From NCBI GenBank assembly GCA_964536135.1, contig CAZHVM010000003.1:1-55943 (forward strand): a DNA stretch of 55,943 bases, in the 5' to 3' direction. The notes beneath the pieces are model-generated. The model was not told the DNA's origin. It did not search any database and saw only the letters and a list, made by a program, of their open reading frames with translations. The first letter of the stretch is position 1. Each line of letters begins with the position of its first letter. Positions 46,993 through 54,692 of the stretch are shown here, in pieces. A program made the translations under genes and the position numbers. This DNA is from an uncultured Candidatus Saccharibacteria bacterium. Lineage in GTDB: Bacteria; Patescibacteriota; Dojkabacteria; SC72.

Positions 46993-47157
46993 TTTTAAGA
47001 GTTCAAATACTAAGAATGCAGGCCATACGATAGCTTTTAATACTCCCAATACTCCAATCCAGAATGTTGTCGCTGTGGAGATGAAATATATAGTGGCACC
47101 TATAAATCCCAATCCGTATACCGCACTACTGGGTGTATTGTTGCAACAATTTTTCAT
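46978..47157 (-). CDS. 59-aa two-helix membrane protein, below the ORF-track length cutoff
   Basis: Hand translation of the minus strand gives MKNCCNNTPSSAVYGLGFIGATIYFISTATTFWIGVLGVLKAIVWPAFLVFELLKSLLG then stop. The YGLG.IGA..Y......FW.GVLG.LKA.VWPAF pattern matches a conserved small membrane protein family as I recall it. The antisense 78-aa track ORF looks spurious. Confidence 0.6.
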   Translation of the reverse strand: MKNCCNNTPSSAVYGLGFIGATIYFISTATTFWIGVLGVLKAIVWPAFLVFELLKSLLG

Positions 47158-47240
47158 AATATTTGTTAAAAGAATTTATATGTATATATTACATATGTTT
47201 GAATTGTAACTGCAAGGGTGACTGTGGTGCTAGCTACTGC

Positions 47241-47269
47241 TTGACAGGATATCGCAATATCTTTATGCT
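47241..47269 (+). promoter_or_regulatory. candidate near-consensus promoter for the ELW-repeat protein gene
   Basis: TTGACA (47241-47246), 17 nt spacer, TATGCT (47264-47269). The spacer contains the small palindrome GATAT-cgca-ATATC. Confidence 0.4.
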
Positions 47270-47284
47270 GAATGTATATTCAAA

Positions 47285-50200
47285 ATGAAAAAATTCGGAG
47301 TTTTGTTATCTATTCTTCCCTTTGTCTTTCTATTTTTTTCGTCCATTTTTCTTTCTCATCCTAATGTCTCCTATGCACAAACAGAACCAACTATGGTGAA
47401 GGATATTAATAGCTTTGGGGAAGGGAGCAGTATAGGGGAATCAATTGTAATGGGGAATTATATCTACTTCCGTGCAAGTGATGGTGTTCACGGTGTTGAG
47501 TTGTGGAAGAGTAACGGAACAGATTCTGGAACAGTTATGGTGAAAGATATAAATGTTGGGAGTGGGAGTAGTGCAGATAATGTATACAGGGATATGATTG
47601 TGATGGGAGATAGTATATATTTCAAAGCCACGGATGGAATACATGGTTACGAGCTTTGGAAGAGCGATGGTACAGAAGTGGGAACTGTTATGGTTAAAGA
47701 CATTAGTAGTGTAGCGACACCAGGAAATCCAAGTCTATTTACTATCATGGATAACACTTTATATTTCTATGCCTACAGTGGTACTTATGGTTATGAGTTA
47801 TGGAAAAGTAACGGTACAGAAGCAGGTACTGTTTTGGTAAAGGATATTTACAGTGGAACATCAAATGCTAGTATAAGTTCTTTGGCCGTAGTTGGAGATA
47901 TGTTGTATTTTAATGCTTCGAGCACAGGTTATGGCTCCGAGCTATGGGAGAGTGATGGAACAGCAGATGGCACTGTCATGGTGAAAGATATACGAAGTGG
48001 AACTGGTAGTAGTACTCCTAAATACTTGACTTCTTTTGGGGGATATCTTTATTTTTCTGCAACAAATGGTACGAGTGGTATTGAGCTTTGGAAGAGCGAT
48101 GGCACTGATGTTGGAACTGTTATAGTGAAAGATATCTATAGTGGGAGTGGATCTAGTTCACCACTATATTTGAAAAATGTAGATGGTGTATTGTATTTCA
48201 TTGCGACTAACGGAACTGAAGGTGTTGAGTTGTGGAGGAGTGATGGAACATCGGATGGTACTGTCATGGTGAAGGATATACGAAGTGGAACTGGTAGTAG
48301 TACTCCTCAATACTTTACTTCTTTTGGTGAATATCTTTATTTTTCTGCAACAGATGGTGTAAATGGAATTGAAGTTTGGAGAAGCGATGGTACAGCATTA
48401 GGAACAACCATGGTCAAGGATATTCAGGAGGGTACTACTAGCAGTAGCCCAAGTAATTTTTTTGTAATTGGGAGTACCTTATATTTTGCTACATATGAGG
48501 ATGTTCATGGTAAGGAACTTTGGAAAAGTGATGGTACAGAATCTGGGACTGTTTTGGTAGAAGATATTTATGAAGGAGAATATGATAGCTCACTTGCGAA
48601 TTTTGTTTCTCTTAATGGTACTTTGTATATGAAAGCTGATGACAAGATTCATGGAGACGAACTTTGGAAGAGTGATGGCACAAGTACTGGAACGACAATG
48701 GTTAAAAATATAAATACTGGAACTACTGACAGCTATCCAATACTTTTAACTGTTGCTGGAAGTACCCTGTATTTTGTTGCTGATGATTGGTTATATGGTT
48801 CTGAGCTATGGAAAACTGATGGAACTGAGACCGGTACCTCTATGGTTAAAGATATTTATTCAGGTAGTTATAGTAATGATATTGATGTAATGTATGCAAT
48901 AGGAGATTCTATATACTTTACTGCAGAGGACGGTATCCATGGCATTGAGCTATGGAAAAGTGATGGTACAGAATCTGGTACATTTATGCTGAAGGATATT
49001 TATGCGGAGGATTATTATGATAGTAGTCCCGAGAATCTTACATCTGTGGGTAATATTTTGTTCTTCTCTGCAGATACTGCTGAATATGGAACTGAACTTT
49101 GGAAGAGTAATGGAACAGAAGCTGGAACTGTGATGATTAAAGATATTTATAGTGGTACCTTAAATAGCAACCCGAGTTATATTACTACTGTTGGAGATAT
49201 TGTTTATTTCAGTGCAAGTACTAGTTCATACGGTGATGAGCTTTGGAAGAGTGATGGTACAGAATCTGGTACGGTTATGGTTAAAGATATCTATAGTGGT
49301 ACGAGCAGTAGTAATTCTAATTATCTTACTAAAGTAGGAGATCTTGTATATTTTAGTGCGAGAAACTCTACTAATGGTTATGAGCTTTGGAAGAGTGATG
49401 GTACAGAAACGGGTACTGTAATGGTTAAAGATATTTATACTGGTACAAGTAGTAGTGCCCCATGGCAGTTGGTTGATGTAGGTGGAGCCTTATATTTCCA
49501 TGCGAATGATGGAGTGAATGGGACTGAGCTTTGGAAGAGTGATGGTACTGAAGCAGGTACAGTAATGGTGAAAGATATTTATACTGGAAGTACATCGAGT
49601 ACACCCATGTATCCTGTTGCTATTGGGAATACGTTGTATTTTACTGCTGACGATGAAACTTCTGGAAATGAACTTTGGAAAAGTGATGGTACAGAGGAAG
49701 GTACAGTATTAGTTAAAGATATCAAATCTGGAGTAGATGGTAGTCTTCCTAAAAACTTGATGGCGATAGGGGAGACCTTGTATTTTTCTGCTAATGATGG
49801 AGTGCATGGATACGAGCTTTGGAAGAGTGATGGTACAGGAGATGGGACTGTTATGGTAAAGGATCTATATGTTGGAATTAGTGAGGGCGATCCTATGTAT
49901 CTTGTTTCTTTTAATGATACACTCTATTTCTCAGGTAGTTCAATTAATGGTAACGAGCTTTGGGTTCTTGGTGCTTCTACACAGTCTGAGGAAACACCAA
50001 CCGAAGATCCTATTGTTGAAGAATCTAGTGATGATGAAGATGCAACAGAAGAAGAAAACGCAATAGTGGAAACATATACTGTGAGTCAATCTACAATGCC
50101 AGATACTCCAACAGAAACATCAGATGAATCTGTAGAGAAATTATATGAAGATGAAGAGAAGAATGATGTAATCGAAATCGCGGGGAAGGAATTAGCTGAA

Positions 50201-50317
50201 GAAGAGGGTGGAATTGCATGGATATTTATAGGCACCTCCTGTGTTTTATTACTACTTTTCTTTGTAATTATCTATATCCGAAAGAGGAAATCGCGAGAGT
50301 CTATAGAGAGATCTTAA
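47285..50317 (+). CDS. large secreted ELWxxDGT-repeat protein with an acidic stalk and a C-terminal TM anchor
   Basis: A signal peptide (LLSILPFVFLFFSSIFLSHPNVSYA), 17 full copies of ..G.ELW(K/R)(S/T)(D/N)GT..GT.MVKDI.. plus one degenerate copy, then a D/E/T-rich segment and IAWIFIGTSCVLLLLFFVIIYIRKRKSRE. Confidence 0.85.
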   Translation: MKKFGVLLSILPFVFLFFSSIFLSHPNVSYAQTEPTMVKDINSFGEGSSIGESIVMGNYIYFRASDGVHGVELWKSNGTDSGTVMVKDINVGSGSSADNVYRDMIVMGDSIYFKATDGIHGYELWKSDGTEVGTVMVKDISSVATPGNPSLFTIMDNTLYFYAYSGTYGYELWKSNGTEAGTVLVKDIYSGTSNASISSLAVVGDMLYFNASSTGYGSELWESDGTADGTVMVKDIRSGTGSSTPKYLTSFGGYLYFSATNGTSGIELWKSDGTDVGTVIVKDIYSGSGSSSPLYLKNVDGVLYFIATNGTEGVELWRSDGTSDGTVMVKDIRSGTGSSTPQYFTSFGEYLYFSATDGVNGIEVWRSDGTALGTTMVKDIQEGTTSSSPSNFFVIGSTLYFATYEDVHGKELWKSDGTESGTVLVEDIYEGEYDSSLANFVSLNGTLYMKADDKIHGDELWKSDGTSTGTTMVKNINTGTTDSYPILLTVAGSTLYFVADDWLYGSELWKTDGTETGTSMVKDIYSGSYSNDIDVMYAIGDSIYFTAEDGIHGIELWKSDGTESGTFMLKDIYAEDYYDSSPENLTSVGNILFFSADTAEYGTELWKSNGTEAGTVMIKDIYSGTLNSNPSYITTVGDIVYFSASTSSYGDELWKSDGTESGTVMVKDIYSGTSSSNSNYLTKVGDLVYFSARNSTNGYELWKSDGTETGTVMVKDIYTGTSSSAPWQLVDVGGALYFHANDGVNGTELWKSDGTEAGTVMVKDIYTGSTSSTPMYPVAIGNTLYFTADDETSGNELWKSDGTEEGTVLVKDIKSGVDGSLPKNLMAIGETLYFSANDGVHGYELWKSDGTGDGTVMVKDLYVGISEGDPMYLVSFNDTLYFSGSSINGNELWVLGASTQSEETPTEDPIVEESSDDEDATEEENAIVETYTVSQSTMPDTPTETSDESVEKLYEDEEKNDVIEIAGKELAEEEGGIAWIFIGTSCVLLLLFFVIIYIRKRKSRESIERS
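47381..49977 (+). repeat. in-frame tandem repeat array (about 48-51 codons per unit, ~18 units) encoding the ELWxxDGT repeats
   Basis: The recurring DNA core GAGCTTTGGAAGAGTGATGGTACAGAA and its variants recur with spacings of 144-153 nt (for example GAG at 47498, 47651, 47795). Confidence 0.9.
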
Positions 50318-50919
50318 TGTGTAGGTATTGTATTTCTACTTAAAACTTCCTCATACTCTTCTTTGTTATTTGTTTTAACAAGAGCTTTTAGTGGTGTTAA
50401 TTGTTTGCCTAACAAATTTTTAATTTTATTTAATTTCTCTTCCTCTAAAGTACGCATTGCAATATATATATCTCCTTTCTCTTCTCCCATATAACTAGTA
50501 ATGCTCTCAGTCTTTTGTATAAAGCCATATTCTTTGGAACTGGACAATGATTGTAATTTATTTTTGCTCTCATTTACTATTTTGAGAACTAAATACGGTT
50601 GAGCTTCATAAACCCCCATCCTTTTTGAAATCAGTAATTGAGTCTTAATATCCGTAATTTCCGAGAAATCAAATTTAATAATACTTTTTCCATCAGAAAT
50701 CTTAATATCTTGTTCTGTTATTTCACAGTAGATTTTCAAATTCTTTAAGTAAAATATAATACTACTTAAAAATAGAAGCCAAAGAATTCCCCAAAACGAT
50801 ACTCCAAAAATTCCGATACTGGGATATGAAAAATAGGCGACAACAGGCAAACCTATTACTAGTAAAATACTTGGAATCAGCAAGTTCTTTTTACTAAGAG
50901 AGAATTTTACAGAATTCAT
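50314..50919 (-). CDS. hypothetical membrane protein (two N-terminal TM helices plus a cytoplasmic domain)
   Basis: Hydrophobic segments LLIPSILLVIGLPVVAYF and IFGVSFWGILWLLFLSSIIFY. No recognised motif. It shares a TTAA stop overlap with the ELW gene. Confidence 0.5.
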   Translation of the reverse strand: MNSVKFSLSKKNLLIPSILLVIGLPVVAYFSYPSIGIFGVSFWGILWLLFLSSIIFYLKNLKIYCEITEQDIKISDGKSIIKFDFSEITDIKTQLLISKRMGVYEAQPYLVLKIVNESKNKLQSLSSSKEYGFIQKTESITSYMGEEKGDIYIAMRTLEEEKLNKIKNLLGKQLTPLKALVKTNNKEEYEEVLSRNTIPTH

Positions 50920-51075
50920 TGATGATTTTTTAGTAAAAATTATTATAAATACTTTATAGCAGATTATTAATCAAAGCAAATTAGAAATCTCCAATTTCTT
51001 GAATTATTCATTGAAGTTTGCTATTTGCCTAATGTGATAATATAATACCGTTAATATAATATTACTTCATTCAGG

Positions 51076-52380
51076 ATGAAAAAAGGTAATGAAGAAAAGA
51101 TTCAGTTTAGAGATGAGTTCTCAAGTGGTGTAGAGACTTTCAAAGATGTAAAAAAGGAGCAAGAATCTCTTAACGCTAGCTTGCTGATAAAAGCAGGATT
51201 CATAAATCCAGAATTGGCTGGAGTATATACATATACCAGATTGGGATACGAGGTTTTGAAAAATATCGAGGATTTGACTAGGAAACATATGAGCAAGTGG
51301 GGTGGAGAAATTCTTATGCCTTCTCTTCAACCAGTCGAAAATTGGGAAGTTACAGGTAGGTTAGGTAATATGTCTTCGCTGTTTGAAACAAGAGGTGCGA
51401 ATGAAGTTTCAAGAAAGCTAAATTCATCTAGATATATTCTTGGGCCAACTCATGAAGAGATAGTTACTCCGTTGGCAAAGAGATATATCAAAAGTTATAG
51501 AGACTTACCTTTGGCTTTGTATCAGATACAGACGAAGTTTAGGAATGAGGCAAGACCTAAATCGGGTTTGTTAAGAAGTAGGGAATTTAGAATGAAAGAT
51601 CTTTATTCCTTTCATGAAAGTGAGGAAGACTTGTTAGAATTCTATGAAGGAATAAAGAAGGAATATATGCTACTGTTTGACGATTTGGGATTAGGGGAAG
51701 ATACTTTTGTTACTTTGGCAGATGGAGGAGATTTCACAAAAGAGTTCTCTCACGAATTTCAAACATTAATACCACAGGGAGAGGACACGATATATCTAGA
51801 TAGGGGAAATAAGATCGCATATAATAAAGAAATAGTAAACAAAGAGAACGAAGAAAGATTGGGAGTTAATTTTGATAACTTAGAGCAGGTATCTGCTTCA
51901 GAAGTTGGAAATATATTTCCCCTTAATTTGAAATTCTCTGATCCATTTAGTTTGACATATACAACAAAGGAAGGAATAGTAAAACCAGTATATATGGGTT
52001 GTTATGGTTTAGGAACTTCACGTTTGATGGGTGTAATAGCAGAGAAGTTTGCAGACGAGAAGGGTTTGGTCTGGCCAGAGAGAGTTGCCCCTGCTAAGTA
52101 TCATCTTGTAACTATTGGCGAGGAGGAGAAGGTCTCCGAGTTATCTAAGGAGCTTTTTGAAGTAATAGGGGAAGATGCTTTGTGGGATAGAAGAACCAAG
52201 GTCAGTGTAGGAGAGAAGTTAAAGGATGCAGATTTAATAGGTTGTCCATACAGGGTAATTATTTCCTCAACTAGTATTGAAAAGGGAGGGGTAGAGATTA
52301 AGGGTAGAACGTCAGAGAAGGAAGAGTATCTCTCTATAGAGGAACTACTTAACAAGTATGGAGGAGTAAGGGAGAGTTAG
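51076..52380 (+). CDS. proS: prolyl-tRNA synthetase, bacterial-type core without the INS editing domain
   Basis: Class II motifs: LYQIQTKFRNEARPKSGLLRSREFRMKDLYSFH (motif 2) and GCYGLGTSRLMGV (motif 3), plus a C-terminal anticodon-binding domain. It is 434 aa, and only about 80 residues separate the post-motif-2 region from motif 3. Confidence 0.92.
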   Translation: MKKGNEEKIQFRDEFSSGVETFKDVKKEQESLNASLLIKAGFINPELAGVYTYTRLGYEVLKNIEDLTRKHMSKWGGEILMPSLQPVENWEVTGRLGNMSSLFETRGANEVSRKLNSSRYILGPTHEEIVTPLAKRYIKSYRDLPLALYQIQTKFRNEARPKSGLLRSREFRMKDLYSFHESEEDLLEFYEGIKKEYMLLFDDLGLGEDTFVTLADGGDFTKEFSHEFQTLIPQGEDTIYLDRGNKIAYNKEIVNKENEERLGVNFDNLEQVSASEVGNIFPLNLKFSDPFSLTYTTKEGIVKPVYMGCYGLGTSRLMGVIAEKFADEKGLVWPERVAPAKYHLVTIGEEEKVSELSKELFEVIGEDALWDRRTKVSVGEKLKDADLIGCPYRVIISSTSIEKGGVEIKGRTSEKEEYLSIEELLNKYGGVRES

Positions 52381-52919
52381 AGAATCAACTTAACATTTCT
52401 TTCTTTAGAGAGTTTCTTAATATAATCTGCAAGAGGTTCTAATCCAATATCTTTTCTTCTTTTGTTTACTAGTTCGGGATCTTTCAAATCTTTAAGTTTG
52501 AATGTATTCTCACTGTTTTCTACTGAAACAAACTGTGTCCCATATATCTGAGTTTTGTTTTGCCAAGTTTCTACTCTGTCACATAGCATAGCAAAATTAA
52601 GTGGTTCAATATCTTCTAAATTCTTTTTCATTAGATATAGATATTTCTTCATAAAAGATATCTCACTTCTTGGCATATGTTGAACAAGAAGAAAGGCTGC
52701 GAGTTGTGCATCTTTACCATATTCGGAAGTAATTAGTCCTGTTGTTTTAAATATCTTTTTAAATTCTTCTCTGTTTATCCTGTCTATTCTTTGCATTTCC
52801 TCAAGATCCTTTTTATCTTTTGTTTGTTCATACTTTCCTCTAATCTCTTGATCGAGTTTAGACATCTGTATGAGTTTTTGTGATACTGATTGTTTGTTTA
52901 GCATAACGAATTTTAGCAT
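52377..52919 (-). CDS. hypothetical protein (possibly DUF6624-like)
   Basis: QRIDRINREEFKKIF...DAQLAAFLLVQHMP resembles a family I recall as DUF6624. Not verifiable here. Confidence 0.4.
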   Translation of the reverse strand: MLKFVMLNKQSVSQKLIQMSKLDQEIRGKYEQTKDKKDLEEMQRIDRINREEFKKIFKTTGLITSEYGKDAQLAAFLLVQHMPRSEISFMKKYLYLMKKNLEDIEPLNFAMLCDRVETWQNKTQIYGTQFVSVENSENTFKLKDLKDPELVNKRRKDIGLEPLADYIKKLSKERNVKLIL

Positions 52920-53062
52920 AGAATTTATAATCCAAATATATTGAAAATAGAATTGTAATATGGGATATTGGTATCAATAGAAAACTAGATTAAAATAAAA
53001 AGGTCATGGATGTAATTTAATAAGATGAAATTATTAGTTATTTAAGATAGGAAGATATTTGT

Positions 53063-53593
53063 ATGGAGGAATTAATATTAGAATTTCCAACTTATGCAAG
53101 GGAAAAAGATGCGAAAGCATATATTGACGAATTAACGAGCTCTAATTCTAAATTTAATGGTTGCGATGATTTAGAAAAATTTGAAGATTATCGAGAATGG
53201 GTTGATAGGGTTGTCGATTGGAACAAAGGCGTAAACTTACCAGAGGATTATGCACAAGCTATCACTTATTTTGTGGTTAGAGCTAAAGATAATAAACTTA
53301 TAGGTATGGTAAACATTAGATATGGAGTAACAGAAGAAAATGTCAAAAGAGGTGTGGGACATATTGGTAGTGGAGTTAGACCTACTGAAAGAGGAAAGGG
53401 ATATGGAACCGAGATTCTAAAAATATGTTTAGAAGAGTGCAAAAAATACAATTTACCAGAAATTCATTTGAATGTTAATAATGAGAATATCGGTGCAATA
53501 AGAACTATAGAAAAAAATAAAGGGAGATTAAATAAAAAGATTGTAATGGACAATGGGGAGATCTTGCTTAATTATATAATAGAGAATAATTAA
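53063..53593 (+). CDS. GNAT-family N-acetyltransferase
   Basis: Acetyl-CoA binding motif A (VRPTERGKGYGTEILKICLEECKK). Confidence 0.8.
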   Translation: MEELILEFPTYAREKDAKAYIDELTSSNSKFNGCDDLEKFEDYREWVDRVVDWNKGVNLPEDYAQAITYFVVRAKDNKLIGMVNIRYGVTEENVKRGVGHIGSGVRPTERGKGYGTEILKICLEECKKYNLPEIHLNVNNENIGAIRTIEKNKGRLNKKIVMDNGEILLNYIIENN

Positions 53594-53720
53594 GACTTTC
53601 GGACCCCAATAATCCTATCTTTGTAGACTTTTGTGATTTTTAGACATACCAACTATAAGAGTTGAATGAATAACGCTTTTATTGTACAATGAGCTTCAAT
53701 AAGTTGTTATATCAAGTCTT

Positions 53721-54692
53721 ATTAAAAATAAACATAAAACAATAGGTATTATAACAACGTCGAGCCCAATTGATGGATTATCTGAAGAACAAATAGAAAA
53801 AGCGTATTCCTATCTTCGAAATAAGGGTTGGGTTATTAAAGAGGCTCCTATTTGTCGGAAAAGGGAGGGGTATCTTTCTGTTAGAAATATAGAGGAAAGA
53901 GTTAAATGTCTGCATGATTTTGTTATTGATAAAGATATTGATGTCATTATGTCCTTTTGGGGTGGTACGAATACTAATCAATTATTACCGTATCTTGATT
54001 ATGAGTTAATAAAGAAGAACCCTAAAATATATGTTGGTTATTCAGATACCTCCGCATTACTGTTAGCTATTACTAAGAAGACAAATCTTATTACATACCA
54101 TGGTCCAGCAGCAATCACATATTCTAAACCTGATTTAATGGAATATTGTTATGGATATTTCGAGAAAGCCATAAAGGGAGGCGAGTGGAGTATAGAAGAA
54201 CCAAAAAAGTATGCAGATGATTTGTATTTTCTTCGAGAAGAAGATGCAAATAGAAGAATATTTAAAAAAAATGAAGGGTTAAAGGTTTTCAGAAGTGGAG
54301 ATTGTGACGGGGAAGTTGTGGCTTCCAACTTGCAAACGCTTTTGGTATTAGCAGGAACAGAATATTTCCCTTCTTTAAAAAACAAGGTCTTGTTTGTTGA
54401 GGAAGCAGAGGATGAACAAACACCGATGATACATAGGTTCTTTACCCAATTGTCTTTGCTTAAGGATTTTAAGGATATTAAAGGTTTGGTTGTTGGTAAA
54501 TTTATGGATTATTCTAGAGTTTCTCAAGATAACTTGGAGACTATTTTTAAGGAGGTTTCAACAAGATTTAAAGGACCATTAATTTATGATGCTTCTTTTG
54601 GGCATACAGATCCAATTTTTACGATTCCTAACGGTGCTAGAGTTAAAATAAAGTCAAATTCTGGGGAGAAGATTAAATTCTACTATGATTGA
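53721..54692 (+). CDS. S66-family peptidase (LD-carboxypeptidase LdcA / MccF-like); 5' end lacks a canonical start
   Basis: Catalytic Ser (VGYSDTSAL), Glu (FVEEAEDE) and His (FGHTDPIF) are present. The conserved N-terminal part (TIGIITTSSPIDGLSEEQIEKAYSYLRNKGW...) is in frame upstream of the track ATG at 53949. No ATG, GTG or TTG occurs between the TAA at 53700 and 53949. ATT at 53721 is a possible start. Confidence 0.75.
   Translation: MKNKHKTIGIITTSSPIDGLSEEQIEKAYSYLRNKGWVIKEAPICRKREGYLSVRNIEERVKCLHDFVIDKDIDVIMSFWGGTNTNQLLPYLDYELIKKNPKIYVGYSDTSALLLAITKKTNLITYHGPAAITYSKPDLMEYCYGYFEKAIKGGEWSIEEPKKYADDLYFLREEDANRRIFKKNEGLKVFRSGDCDGEVVASNLQTLLVLAGTEYFPSLKNKVLFVEEAEDEQTPMIHRFFTQLSLLKDFKDIKGLVVGKFMDYSRVSQDNLETIFKEVSTRFKGPLIYDASFGHTDPIFTIPNGARVKIKSNSGEKIKFYYD

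Noticed and set aside
46973-47209. 78-aa plus-strand track ORF in the kinase-relic / ELW-gene spacer.
   Set aside because: It is antisense to a 59-aa minus-strand ORF that has a much more protein-like two-helix sequence with a conserved-looking core. The plus-strand translation has no features, and the near-consensus promoter for the ELW gene lies downstream of it.
50314-50317. Shared 4-nt stop-codon overlaps (TTAA type) of convergent genes at 50314-50317 and 52377-52380, and abutting convergent genes at 41571/41573, as possible regulatory structures.
   Set aside because: This is best explained as genome compaction. No hairpins or conserved motifs accompany them.
50920-51075. Possible T-box or other leader upstream of proS (156-nt spacer).
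   Set aside because: The spacer is extremely AT-rich. It has no T-box consensus (…GGTGGTACCGCG-like), no convincing specifier or antiterminator helices and no terminator hairpin. It is also short for a T-box.
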